Source: an uncultured Candidatus Rokubacteria bacterium | GTDB taxonomy: Bacteria; Methylomirabilota; Methylomirabilia; Rokubacteriales; DASRDR01 | Length of the DNA: 64,000 nt | Direction of reading: 5' to 3' | Assembly (NCBI GenBank): GCA_963708025.1 | Contig: CAVPSB010000010.1 | Location: 128,001 to 192,000, forward strand | Shown: positions 17,989 through 27,523 of the stretch, one piece after another | Layout of the letters: each line of letters opens with the position of its first letter | How positions within the stretch are numbered: position 1 is the first letter of the stretch | Notes under the pieces: model-generated | The model's database searches: none | The model's input: the letters and a program-made list of their open reading frames with translations, nothing else | Told to the model about the DNA's origin: nothing | Program-made: the position numbers and the translations under genes

Positions 17989-19598
17989 AGTACATCTTCG
18001 TGACCGGCGGCGTCGTGTCGTCGCTCGGCAAGGGACTGGCGGCGTCCTCGATCGGGTGCCTGCTGGAAGCCCGCGGCTTCCAGGTGACGCTCCTGAAGAT
18101 GGACCCCTACATCAACGTGGACGCCGGAACCATGAGCCCGTACCAGCACGGTGAGGTCTTCGTCACCGACGACGGCGGGGAAACCGACCTCGACCTCGGC
18201 CACTACGAGCGGTTCACGCGGGCCCGGATGACGCGGGACCACAATGTGACCACCGGGAAGGTCTACCACACGGTCATCACCCGGGAGCGGCGCGGCGACT
18301 ACCTGGGTCACACCGTCCAGGTGATCCCCCACATCACGGACGAGATCAAGGCGTCGATCCGCAAGGTGAGCCACGACGTCGACGTCGTCATCGTCGAGGT
18401 CGGCGGCACGGTGGGCGACATCGAGGGGCTGCCGTTCCTAGAAGCGGTGCGCCAGTTCAAGAAGGATGTCGGCAAGGAGAACGTGATCTACATCCACCTG
18501 ACGCTGGTCCCGTTCATCCAGGCCGCCTCCGAGCTGAAGACCAAGGCGACCCAGCACTCGGTGAAGGAGCTACGCGCGATCGGGATCCAGCCGGACATCG
18601 TGCTCTGCCGCACCGACCGCTTCCTGCCGCGGGGGATCAAGTCGAAGATCGCGCTCTTCTGCGACGTGGAGGAGGAGGCCGTCATCACGGCCAAGGACGT
18701 GGAGACGATCTACGAGGTCCCCCTCGTCTTCCACCAGGAGGGACTGGACGGCATCATCGTCAAGGCCCTGGGGCTGCCGTCCCGACCGATCGACCTCACC
18801 GCCTGGGAGGCCATGGTCGGCCGGATCAAGAATCCGGTGCGCACCGTCCGGATCGCGGTGGTCGGCAAGTACATCGAGCTCAAGGACTCGTACAAAAGCC
18901 TGGCCGAGGCGCTGACCCACGGCGGGATCGCCCACGAAGCGCGGGTGGACGTCCGGTGGACCGACGCCGAGCAGCTCCTGCAGGACGGGGCGGCGGCCCA
19001 CCTCGCCGACATCGACGGCGTGCTGGTGCCGGGCGGTTTCGGCGATCGCGGGATCGAGGGCAAGATCGAGGCCATCCGCTACGCCCGCGAGCACGGCATC
19101 CCGTTCCTCGGGATCTGCCTCGGGCTCCAGTGCGCCGTCGTGGAGTTCGCCCGGCGGGTGGCCGGGCTGGAAGCGGCCAATTCCGCCGAGTTCGATCGCG
19201 GCACGCCCTACCCGGTGATCGACCTCCTGCCGGAGCAGCGGGAGGTGGAGGACAAGGGTGGGACCATGCGGCTCGGGCTCTACCCGATCGCGATCGTCGA
19301 GGGCTCGCTGGCCCATCGCATCTACGGCACGCTCCAGATCGAGGAGCGCCACCGCCACCGCTACGAGGTCTCGAACGAGTACCGGCGGATCCTGGAAAAG
19401 AACGGCTTCCGGGTCTCGGGCATCTGGCCCGAGAAGCAGCTGGTGGAGATCGTGGAGCTGCCCGATCACCCCTGGTTCATCGCCAGCCAGTTCCACCCGG
19501 AGTTCCGCTCGCGGCCGTGGGCGCCTCATCCGCTGTTTGCCGGGTTCATCGGCGCCGCGGCCGCCCGCCGGGCAACGGCCAGCGGGCGGGGCCGATGA
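17979..19598 (+). CDS. pyrG: CTP synthase
   Basis: [44 protein letters not shown]; start GTG 17979 or ATG 17985. Confidence 0.98.
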   Translation: MAMKYIFVTGGVVSSLGKGLAASSIGCLLEARGFQVTLLKMDPYINVDAGTMSPYQHGEVFVTDDGGETDLDLGHYERFTRARMTRDHNVTTGKVYHTVITRERRGDYLGHTVQVIPHITDEIKASIRKVSHDVDVVIVEVGGTVGDIEGLPFLEAVRQFKKDVGKENVIYIHLTLVPFIQAASELKTKATQHSVKELRAIGIQPDIVLCRTDRFLPRGIKSKIALFCDVEEEAVITAKDVETIYEVPLVFHQEGLDGIIVKALGLPSRPIDLTAWEAMVGRIKNPVRTVRIAVVGKYIELKDSYKSLAEALTHGGIAHEARVDVRWTDAEQLLQDGAAAHLADIDGVLVPGGFGDRGIEGKIEAIRYAREHGIPFLGICLGLQCAVVEFARRVAGLEAANSAEFDRGTPYPVIDLLPEQREVEDKGGTMRLGLYPIAIVEGSLAHRIYGTLQIEERHRHRYEVSNEYRRILEKNGFRVSGIWPEKQLVEIVELPDHPWFIASQFHPEFRSRPWAPHPLFAGFIGAAAARRATASGRGR

Positions 19599-19856
19599 GA
19601 CACCCTGTGTCAACCCTCTCGTTCCGCCGACCTCGTACCGCGTCGGGACTGTGGGGCGCCCCCCCTCCCCCCGGCGGGTGGGGAGGGGTCGGGGGTGGGG
19701 GTGGACCCCGATGAGCGTCGCCACGTTCATCTCGGTCGGGACGCGCTCGGCCTGCGTCGATCGGCCAGCCTTCGGCCTGGGGGCGCTGCTCGCTCCTCGG
19801 CCCCGCCCCCGAGAACGGGCTCGTCTATCGCCGATTCGGCGAATCAGGGACTCTAG
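19583..19856 (+). repeat. Family A element, copy 4, interrupted by a family B element
   Basis: cgggcggggccgatgag / cgtcgc...cgctcctcggccccgccc; ends in CTAG directly before the kdsA GTG. Confidence 0.9.
19600..19707 (+). mobile_element. Family B miniature element with 8-bp direct repeat CCGATGAG
   Basis: acaccctgtgtcaacc...gggtgggggtggacc flanked by ccgatgag at 19592-19599 and 19708-19715. Confidence 0.8.
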
Positions 19857-20687
19857 GTGACGGCGCCCGTCCAGATCGGCTCGATCCGGATCGGCGAGGG
19901 CGCCCCGCTGGCGCTGATCGCCGGCCCCTGCGCCATCGAGGACGAGGCCCACGCCCTTCGCACCGCCGAGCTCCTGGTCCGGGTCGCCGCCGAGGGCAAG
20001 GTCCCCTTCGTCTACAAATCGTCCTACGACAAGGCGAACCGCTCCGCCCTCGCCTCCTACCGGGGTCCGGGCCTTCGCGCGGGCCTGCGCATCCTCGCGC
20101 GGGTGCGGGAGGCCCTCGGCTGCCCGGTGCTCTCCGACGTCCACCTCCCCGACGAGGTGCCGGCCGCGGCGGAGATTCTCGACTGCCTCCAGGTCCCGGC
20201 GTTCCTGTGCCGGCAGACCGACCTGGTGGTCGCCTGCGGCCGGAGCGGTCGGCCCGTCAACGTGAAGAAGGGCCAGTTCATGGCCCCCTGGGACATGGGC
20301 AACGTCGTGGAGAAGCTCCGGGCCAGCGGGGCGACGGGGGTGACGCTGACCGAGCGGGGCGCGAGCTTCGGTTACAACAACCTGGTGGTGGACTTCCGGA
20401 GCCTGGCCATCATGCGGGGCTTCGGGACGCCCGTGGTCTTCGACGCGACCCACTCGGTGCAGCTCCCGGGCGGGGAGGGGACGCGCTCGGGCGGCGAGCG
20501 CCAGTACGTCGCGGCGCTCGCCCGGGCGGCGGTGGCCTTCGGCGTCGATGCCCTCTTCATGGAGGTCCACGAGGCGCCGGACCGCGCTCCCTCGGACGGC
20601 CCGACCATGCTTCCGCTGGCCGAGCTGCCCCGGCTGCTCGACGAGGTCCAGGCGCTCCGCGCGGTGTTGGCGAGGTCCGGACGATGA
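19857..20687 (+). CDS. kdsA: KDO 8-phosphate synthase
   Basis: IAGPCAIE, KSSYDKANRS, PAFLCRQTDL, NVKKGQF, ERGASFGYNNLVVD, FDATHSVQ. Confidence 0.97.
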   Translation: MTAPVQIGSIRIGEGAPLALIAGPCAIEDEAHALRTAELLVRVAAEGKVPFVYKSSYDKANRSALASYRGPGLRAGLRILARVREALGCPVLSDVHLPDEVPAAAEILDCLQVPAFLCRQTDLVVACGRSGRPVNVKKGQFMAPWDMGNVVEKLRASGATGVTLTERGASFGYNNLVVDFRSLAIMRGFGTPVVFDATHSVQLPGGEGTRSGGERQYVAALARAAVAFGVDALFMEVHEAPDRAPSDGPTMLPLAELPRLLDEVQALRAVLARSGR

Positions 20688-21649
20688 CGCCCGACGAGAT
20701 CCTCAAGACCGCTCGCCGCGTGCTCGAGGTGGAGGCGGAGGCCGTCCGGGCGCTGACCGAGCGGCTGGACGACCGGTTCACGCGGGCTGTGCAACTGCTC
20801 CTGGCCTGCCGGGGGCGCGTCGTCGTGACCGGGATCGGGAAATCGGGGCTCGTGGCCCGGAAGCTGGCGGCCACCCTCGCCGCCACCGGGACGCCGGCGC
20901 TCTTCCTTCACCCGGCCGAGGCGGTGCACGGCGACCTCGGCATGGTCGTCCGGGGCGACGTGGTGGTCGCGCTCTCGAACAGCGGGGAGACCGGCGAGCT
21001 CCTGGCCCTGCTTCCCTCCATCAAGCGCATCGGCGCCCCCCTGATCGTTCTCACCGGCAGCGTCGGCTCCCGGCTGGCCGGGCACGGGGACGTCGTGCTG
21101 GACGTCTCGGTCCAGGAGGAGGCGTGCCCGCTCAACCTCACCCCGACCGCGTTGACCACCGCGACGCTCGCACTCGGGGACGCGCTGGCGGTGGCGCTCC
21201 TGGCGCGCCGGGGAATCAGCCCGGAAGACGTGGCGCGGGTTCACCCGGGGGGCGCGCTGGGCCGGCGCCTGATCCAGGTCGAGGAGCTGATGCACCGCGG
21301 GGCGGCGGTGCCCCGCGTCCGGGAGGACGCCCCGCTGGGCGAGGCCCTGGGCGAGATGACCGCCAAGCGGCTCGGTTGCACGACCGTGGTGGACGGAGAC
21401 GGGCGGCTGGCGGGGATCATCACGGACGGCGACGTCCGCCGCGCGGTCGAGCGGGGAGGGGTGGTGCCGGCGACCGCCGGCGACCTGATGTCGCGCCGGC
21501 CGAAGACCGTGGGGCGGACCGAGCTGGCGGCGGCGGCTCTCGCGCTCATGGAGCGCCACGCCATCACGCAGCTCCTCGTCGTGGACGACGAAGGGCGGCC
21601 GGACGGGATCCTGCACCTCCACGATCTCCTGCGCGCGACCATCGCATGA
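20684..21649 (+). CDS. kdsD: Arabinose 5-phosphate isomerase (SIS plus 2 CBS)
   Basis: GIGKSG, HPAEAVHGDLG, SNSGET, EACPLNL.PT, HPGGALG. Confidence 0.93.
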   Translation: MTPDEILKTARRVLEVEAEAVRALTERLDDRFTRAVQLLLACRGRVVVTGIGKSGLVARKLAATLAATGTPALFLHPAEAVHGDLGMVVRGDVVVALSNSGETGELLALLPSIKRIGAPLIVLTGSVGSRLAGHGDVVLDVSVQEEACPLNLTPTALTTATLALGDALAVALLARRGISPEDVARVHPGGALGRRLIQVEELMHRGAAVPRVREDAPLGEALGEMTAKRLGCTTVVDGDGRLAGIITDGDVRRAVERGGVVPATAGDLMSRRPKTVGRTELAAAALALMERHAITQLLVVDDEGRPDGILHLHDLLRATIA

Positions 21650-22191
21650 GGGGCGGCCGCCGGAGGCGACCGCCCTCGCGGGCGCAGCTGCGGCGCATCC
21701 GCCTGCTCATCCTCGACGTTGACGGCGTGCTCACCGACGGCCGGCTCTACCTGGGACCGGACGAGGGAGAGTGGAAGAGCTTCCACGTCCACGATGGGCT
21801 CGCGCTCGTCCGCGCCGTGGCGGCGCGCTTCCCGGTGGCGATCGTCTCCTCGCGTAGCGCCCCGGCCGTGGCCCGGCGGTTCGCGGAGCTCGGGGTGGCC
21901 GAGGTCCACCAGGGCGTCGCCGACAAGCTGGCGCTCTACGAGGCGCTCTGCGCGCGGCACGATTGCCGCGACGCGGACGTCGCCTGCATGGGCGATGATC
22001 TGCCCGATCTCCCGCTCCTCCGGCGTGCCGGGCTCGCGCTGGCCCCGGCCGACGCCGTGCCCGAGGTCCGGCGGGCCGCCCACTGGGTCAGCCGGATGGG
22101 CGGGGGCCGGGGCGCCGTGCGCGAGGTGCTCGAGGCCTTGCTCCGGGCGCGCGATGCCTGGGAGACCGACCCGGCTATCCGGGCGCACTGA
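21646..22191 (+). CDS. kdsC: KDO 8-phosphate phosphatase (HAD)
   Basis: DVDGVLTDG, F.VHDG, MGDDLPD, GGRGAVRE. Confidence 0.93.
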   Translation: MRGGRRRRPPSRAQLRRIRLLILDVDGVLTDGRLYLGPDEGEWKSFHVHDGLALVRAVAARFPVAIVSSRSAPAVARRFAELGVAEVHQGVADKLALYEALCARHDCRDADVACMGDDLPDLPLLRRAGLALAPADAVPEVRRAAHWVSRMGGGRGAVREVLEALLRARDAWETDPAIRAH

Positions 22192-22276
22192 TTGAGATTC
22201 CACGGGGCTCCCGGGCCGGCCGCCCGGGGGCGGGCGGCTCCTGTCATGTGGGCGAAATCCCCCTACGGATTCTTCG

Positions 22277-22305
22277 TTTACACCCGGCACGCTTTATGCT
22301 AGCGT
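22277..22305 (+). promoter_or_regulatory. Sigma70 promoter with a nested sigma54-type -24/-12 motif
   Basis: TTTACA, 17 bp, TAGCGT (with TG extension); CGGCACG-CTTT-ATGCT gives GG-N10-GC at 22286-22299. Confidence 0.55.
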
Positions 22306-22341
22306 GCGGTCAGACTTGAGGTCGGCACCGAGCGAGCCTCC

Positions 22342-22929
22342 ATGCGGCGACTCTCGATCGTCTTCCTAGCGTGCTTCGTGGCCCTCCTGGTCGGGCTGGG
22401 GGGGATGATTGCGTGGAAAATCCGGGGCCGCTCGACCCCGGCGCCCCCACCGACCACGGCCCAGGACGCCGACTACCGGATCCGTGAGATCCACATCAAC
22501 GAGACCCTGGAGGGGAACCTGCGCTGGACCCTGGACGCGGATCAGGCCGAGGTCTTCGACAAGGAGCAGCGCACGGTCATGAAGAAGGTGGTCGTCCGCG
22601 TCTTCTCGAAGAACGCGGAGTGGACGGTCACGGCCGACGAGGGCGTGATGGGCAACGAGACGCGGGACGTGACGGTGACGGGCAACGTGGTGGTGACCTC
22701 GAACGACGGCCTCACCATCAAGACGCCCGAGCTGTTCTGGCGGAACAAGGACCGGAACCTCTACACGGAGCAAGCCGTCGAGATCAAGCGGACGGGCACG
22801 ACCATCACGGCACAAGGAATGGACGTCCGGATGCAGGACCAGGAGGCGGTGCTCCAGAAGAAGGTCCGGGTGGTCATCGAGAATCGCGCCAACGCCAACC
22901 TGGCGTTGTTCCCAAGGAGTGGCTCATGA
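22342..22929 (+). CDS. lptC: LPS export protein LptC
   Basis: N-terminal TM, W.L.A..A, GNVVVTS, TPELFW beta-jellyroll; gene order. Confidence 0.88.
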   Translation: MRRLSIVFLACFVALLVGLGGMIAWKIRGRSTPAPPPTTAQDADYRIREIHINETLEGNLRWTLDADQAEVFDKEQRTVMKKVVVRVFSKNAEWTVTADEGVMGNETRDVTVTGNVVVTSNDGLTIKTPELFWRNKDRNLYTEQAVEIKRTGTTITAQGMDVRMQDQEAVLQKKVRVVIENRANANLALFPRSGS

Positions 22930-23552
22930 GTCGCAGGAGTCTGGTGATCGTGGTGGTGGGGGTCGCGTTCGGTCTCACGGTCGGCGTCGGGGCCGGCGGA
23001 GCCCAGACCCGGACGCCGGCGCCCAAGCCCGGCGCCCCGGCGCCGAAGGCGTCGGGGGCGACCCCCGGGTCGAAGCCGGGTGCGCGGTCGAACTCGCCGA
23101 TCGTGATCGACGCCGACCGGATGGCCGCGTCGAAGAAGGACGGCATCGTCATCTTCGAGGGCAACGTGGTGGCCAAGCAGGACAACTCGGTTCAGACCGC
23201 CGACCGGATGGAGGTCTACCTGGACGACAAGGGCGAGCGCGTCCTGCGCATCGTGTCGACCGGGAACGTGAAGATCGTGACCGAGGACTGCCGGACCGGC
23301 ACCGCCAAGCGCGCGGAGTACTACGACGACGAGCAGCGACTCCTCTTGCTGGGTGACGCCAAGGTCTGGCAGGAGGAGAACGTGGTGACCGGGGAGGAGA
23401 TCGAGATCCTGCTCGCCGAGGACCGCAGCACGGTGAAGGGCGGTTCCCAGCGGGTCAAGTCGGTGTTCTATCCCAAGCGCGAGGAGGCCAAGCCGGACGC
23501 GGCCGCCCCGGCGGCCAAGAAGGAGGAGAAGAAGTCGGCCTCCTGCGGGTAA
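22926..23552 (+). CDS. lptA: LPS transport periplasmic protein LptA
   Basis: Signal peptide, PIVIDADRM, FEGNVVAKQ, LLGDAKVWQ..N.V.GE.I. Confidence 0.9.
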   Translation: MSRRSLVIVVVGVAFGLTVGVGAGGAQTRTPAPKPGAPAPKASGATPGSKPGARSNSPIVIDADRMAASKKDGIVIFEGNVVAKQDNSVQTADRMEVYLDDKGERVLRIVSTGNVKIVTEDCRTGTAKRAEYYDDEQRLLLLGDAKVWQEENVVTGEEIEILLAEDRSTVKGGSQRVKSVFYPKREEAKPDAAAPAAKKEEKKSASCG

Positions 23553-23593
23553 GGGCCGCGTCCGTCGCCCGTAGGGCGCGGACAACCGAATAG

Positions 23594-24313
23594 ATGGGCC
23601 TGGAGGCGCGGGGGCTCCAGAAGAGCTTCTGGCAGCGAAAGGTCGTTGACAACGTCAACCTGGTCATCAATCCGGGTGAGGTCGTCGGGTTGCTGGGCCC
23701 CAACGGCGCCGGCAAGACGACCACGTTCTACATGGTGGTGGGGCTCCTGCCCCCCGACCGGGGCCGGATCCTGCTGGACGGCGCCGACATCACGGCGCTC
23801 CCGATGTACCGCCGGTCCCGGCGGGGAATCGGGTATCTCCCGCAGGAGTCGTCGGTCTTCCGGAAGCTGACGGTGGAGGAGAACCTGTTGGCGATCCTCG
23901 AGACGCTGGACCTGACGGCCCGGGAGCGGGATGAGCGCCTCCACGCGCTGCTGCGCGAGCTCGCCCTGGACGGCCTGGCCAAGCAGCGGGCCTTCACCCT
24001 CTCCGGCGGCGAGCGCCGGCGGCTGGAGATCACGCGGGCGCTCATCAGCTCGCCGAGCTTCCTCCTGCTCGACGAGCCCTTCACCGGCATCGACCCGATT
24101 GCCATCGCGGACATCCAGGAGATCATCTCGCGGCTGAAACAGAAGGGCATCGGCGTCCTGATCACGGACCACAACGTCCGGGAGACCCTGCAGATCACCG
24201 ACCGGTCGTACATCCTCTACGACGGACAGATTCTGGTCGCCGGGACGTCGAAGGAGCTCGCGACCAACGAGCGGGCTCGAGAGATCTACCTCGGTGAGAA
24301 GTTCTCGCTCTGA
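23594..24313 (+). CDS. lptB: LPS export ABC ATPase
   Basis: [47 protein letters not shown]. Confidence 0.97.
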   Translation: MGLEARGLQKSFWQRKVVDNVNLVINPGEVVGLLGPNGAGKTTTFYMVVGLLPPDRGRILLDGADITALPMYRRSRRGIGYLPQESSVFRKLTVEENLLAILETLDLTARERDERLHALLRELALDGLAKQRAFTLSGGERRRLEITRALISSPSFLLLDEPFTGIDPIAIADIQEIISRLKQKGIGVLITDHNVRETLQITDRSYILYDGQILVAGTSKELATNERAREIYLGEKFSL

Positions 24314-24361
24314 CATGTCGGGCTGCACACGCTCAGTGGTGGCCTGGTAGGAGATTCGACC

Positions 24362-25810
24362 ATGGCCATGGAAGCTCGTCTCACGCTCCGGCAGACCCAG
24401 CGGCTCGTGATGACGCCGATGCTGCAGCAGGCCATCCAGCTCCTGCAGCTCTCGACGATCGAGCTTCAGGAGCTGCTCCAGAAGGAGCTGACGGAGAACC
24501 CGATGCTCGAGGAGTCGCCGGTCGAGGAAGGGCCGGCGCCGGAGCCGGTGCCCGACGTCCCGGCGGCCGAGGCCCCACCCTCCGACGCCCCCGCCGCCAC
24601 CGAGACAACGCCGGAGGCTCCCGATCTGCCGTTCGACCTGACCGAGATCATGTTCGGCCCGCCCGACGAGCGGACCCTGGTCCAGCAGGAGCAGCACGAG
24701 GAGACGCGGTTCGAGAACTTCGTGGGCGGGACCACCTCGCTGGCCGATCACCTCTACGAGCAGCTCCGGCTTTCGGTGTCCGAGGGCGACGTGCGGCAGG
24801 CGGCCGACGAGATCATCGGCAACCTCGACGAGGAGGGGTATCTCCGGGCGACGCTCGCCGAGATGGCCGAGAAGACCCGACTCTCCGCCGCCGTCTTCGA
24901 GAAGGCGCTGGCCCTCGTCCAGACCTTCGATCCCCCGGGGGTGGCCGCCCGGGACCTACGGGAGTGCCTGCTCATTCAGCTCCGCGAGCAGACCGACCCC
25001 GACCCGCTGGCGATCGAGATCCTCGAGAGCCACTTCGAGGCCTTCCAGCGCTGCAAGTACGCGGAGATCGCCCGGGCGCTCAAGCGCGACCCGGACCGCG
25101 TCCAGGAGGCGGTGGAGGAGATCGCCAACCTCGAGCCCAAGCCGGGGCGCCGCTTCGCCCCCTCCGATACCCGGTACGTGGTGCCCGACGTCTACGTGTA
25201 CAAGACGGAGGACGGGTTCGCGATCGTCCTCAACGACGACGGCATCCCGCGCCTCCGCATCAACCCCTATTACCGGAGCATGCTGGGCCGGGACAAAGAC
25301 GATGGGGCCCGCCGGTACGTCGAGGACCGGCTCCGCTCGGCGATCTGGCTCATCAAGAGCGTCCACCAGCGACAGCGGACCCTGTATCGGGTGACGGACT
25401 CGATCGTGAAGTTCCAGAAGGAGTTCCTCGACCACGGGCTGCCCCAGCTCCGGCCGCTTTCGCTGCGGGACGTGGCCGAGGACATCGGGATGCACGAGTC
25501 CACGGTGAGCCGGGTCACGACGAACAAGTACGTCCAGACGCCCCAGGGCCTCTTCGAGCTCAAGTTCTTCTTCCACAGCGGGATCGCCACCGGCCGCGGC
25601 GAGATGGTGTCGTCGATCAGCGTCAAGAAGATGATCCAGGACCTGGTGGCCCAGGAGAATCTCCAGAAGCCGCTCTCGGACCAGGAGATCACGCGAAGCC
25701 TCAAGCAGAGCGGGCTCTCGATCGCCCGGCGCACCGTCGCGAAGTATCGCGAGGAGCTCGGCATCCTGCCGTCGCACCAGCGGAAGCTCGCCACCCGCAA
25801 GCGGGCCTAG
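24362..25810 (+). CDS. rpoN: RNA polymerase sigma-54 factor
   Basis: MTPMLQQAIQLLQL region I, HESTVSRVTTNKY, RpoN box ARRTVAKYRE. Confidence 0.98.
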   Translation: MAMEARLTLRQTQRLVMTPMLQQAIQLLQLSTIELQELLQKELTENPMLEESPVEEGPAPEPVPDVPAAEAPPSDAPAATETTPEAPDLPFDLTEIMFGPPDERTLVQQEQHEETRFENFVGGTTSLADHLYEQLRLSVSEGDVRQAADEIIGNLDEEGYLRATLAEMAEKTRLSAAVFEKALALVQTFDPPGVAARDLRECLLIQLREQTDPDPLAIEILESHFEAFQRCKYAEIARALKRDPDRVQEAVEEIANLEPKPGRRFAPSDTRYVVPDVYVYKTEDGFAIVLNDDGIPRLRINPYYRSMLGRDKDDGARRYVEDRLRSAIWLIKSVHQRQRTLYRVTDSIVKFQKEFLDHGLPQLRPLSLRDVAEDIGMHESTVSRVTTNKYVQTPQGLFELKFFFHSGIATGRGEMVSSISVKKMIQDLVAQENLQKPLSDQEITRSLKQSGLSIARRTVAKYREELGILPSHQRKLATRKRA

Positions 25811-25843
25811 CGCCGGTCAGCCGGGCCGGGCGGAGATGTCGGG

Positions 25844-26395
25844 ATGGAAACGCACATCAGCGGCCGCGGCGTTGACCTGTCCCCGGCGCTGCGACGCCGC
25901 GTCGAGACGAAGGTCGCCAAGGTGACCCGGTTCCTGACGAAGATCACCGAGGCGCGGGTGGTCCTGGAGCGGGAGCGCCACCGGCACCTGGCCGAGGTGA
26001 CCCTCCAGGCCAAGGGCGCAACACTTCACGCCGAGGGCGCCGCCGGCGACTTCTACGCCGCCCTCGACCTGGCGGTGGAGAACCTCGCCCGGCAAGCGCG
26101 GCGCCGGAAGGACCGCATCCGGGCCCGCAAGCCGCGCCCGTCGCGCCTGGCGCCGGCGACTCCCGGGTCGCTGGCGATCGTCGAGGCGGGGGCGGCCCCG
26201 GGCGAGGGGCCGGAGGCGCCGGAGGTGGTGATCCGGCGGCTCGCCGCCAAGCCGATGTCCGTCGACGAAGCGCTCGAGCAGATGCGGGGCCGCTCGGACG
26301 GCCTGCTCGTCTTCACCAACGCGCGGAGCCGCCTGGTCAACGTCCTCCACCGCCGGCCGGACGGATCGCTGGAACTGGTCCAGCCGGCCGGATAG
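25844..26395 (+). CDS. hpf: Ribosome hibernation promoting factor (long form)
   Basis: I.GR..DLSPAL, FYAALDLAV..L.RQ, KPMSVDEALEQM, VLHRRPDG. Confidence 0.9.
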   Translation: METHISGRGVDLSPALRRRVETKVAKVTRFLTKITEARVVLERERHRHLAEVTLQAKGATLHAEGAAGDFYAALDLAVENLARQARRRKDRIRARKPRPSRLAPATPGSLAIVEAGAAPGEGPEAPEVVIRRLAAKPMSVDEALEQMRGRSDGLLVFTNARSRLVNVLHRRPDGSLELVQPAG

Positions 26396-26419
26396 GGAAC
26401 CGCCGGGACCGAGCCGAGC

Positions 26420-27343
26420 GTGACGATACCCGCCGAGCAGCCCCGGAGCGACGCGTCCCGTGCGACGGAGCGGGAGGACTCGGATCGCCTGCGCCTCATC
26501 ATCATCACGGGGCTGTCGGGCGCCGGCAAGAGCTACACCATCAAGTGCTTCGAGGACCTGGGGTACTACTGCGTCGACAACCTGCCCACGACGCTGATCC
26601 CCACGTTCGCCGAGCTGTGCGCCCATTCGACCCGCGAGATCCGGCGCATCGCCCTCGGCGTCGACATCCGGGAGGGCGAGTACCTCAAGCCGGTGGCCGA
26701 GGTCCTCGGCCAGTTGCGCGCGCGCGGCTACGCGACCGAGGTGCTCTTCCTGGAGGCGTCGGAGGAGAGCCTGGTCCGCCGCTACCACGAGACGCGACGG
26801 CGGCACCCGGTCAGCCCGACCCTCCTGGAGGGCATCCGCGCCGAGCGCCAGCTGCTGGCGCAGCTCCGGGAACTGGCCGACCGCGTGATCGACACCTCCC
26901 ACATCACCGTCCATCAGCTCAAGCAGATGCTGGTCGAGCTGTACGGCGAGCGGGAGGCCCGGCTGGGCCTGAACGTCAACCTAGTCTCGTTCGGCTACAA
27001 GTTCGGGGTTCCCTACGACGCCGACCTCGTCTTCGACTGCCGGTTCCTGCCCAACCCCTTCTTCGTCGAGGCGCTGCAGGCCAAGGACGGACGGGCGGCC
27101 GAGGTGCGCCGATTCGTCTTCGACCAGGCCGAGAGCCGCGAGCTGCTCGCGCGCCTCCGGGACCTGCTGGCCTATCTCCTGCCGCGCTACCAGCGCGAGG
27201 GGAAGGCCCACCTGACCGTCGCCGTCGGCTGCACCGGGGGTCGCCACCGCTCGGTCGCGCTCGTCGAGGAGCTGCGTGAGTTCATCGAGGCCCAGGGGTT
27301 GCCGGCGAGCGTGTCTCATCGCGACGTCAACCGCGAAGCGTAG
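26420..27343 (+). CDS. rapZ: RNase adapter RapZ / YvcJ family P-loop protein
   Basis: ITGLSGAGKS, CVDNLP, RRY.ETRRRHP, SFGYKFG, GCTGGRHRSV, HRD. Confidence 0.95.
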   Translation: MTIPAEQPRSDASRATEREDSDRLRLIIITGLSGAGKSYTIKCFEDLGYYCVDNLPTTLIPTFAELCAHSTREIRRIALGVDIREGEYLKPVAEVLGQLRARGYATEVLFLEASEESLVRRYHETRRRHPVSPTLLEGIRAERQLLAQLRELADRVIDTSHITVHQLKQMLVELYGEREARLGLNVNLVSFGYKFGVPYDADLVFDCRFLPNPFFVEALQAKDGRAAEVRRFVFDQAESRELLARLRDLLAYLLPRYQREGKAHLTVAVGCTGGRHRSVALVEELREFIEAQGLPASVSHRDVNREA

Positions 27344-27462
27344 CGGGGCGAGAAGCGTCGCCCAGCGTCGTCCTCGGTCGTCGCCGATCCTCGGCGTACT
27401 CGGAGTACGCCTGTGGTCGGCGACTCCCTGCGTCCTAGCTGGGCTCGCTTCTCGGCCCGCTA
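27341..27462 (+). repeat. Family A element, copy 5
   Basis: tagcggggcgagaagcg/cgcttctcggcccgcta outer stem that includes the rapZ stop; conserved core. Confidence 0.9.
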
Positions 27463-27523
27463 TCGCGATCACTGGACGCAGGATCGAGTGCCCTGCGGCG
27501 GGGGGTCTGATAGGATCGAAGGG

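Noticed and set aside
27461-27500. Displaced rapZ tail after element copy 5 (atcgcga shared)
   Set aside because: Only a 7-bp exact match; the rest needs too many gaps
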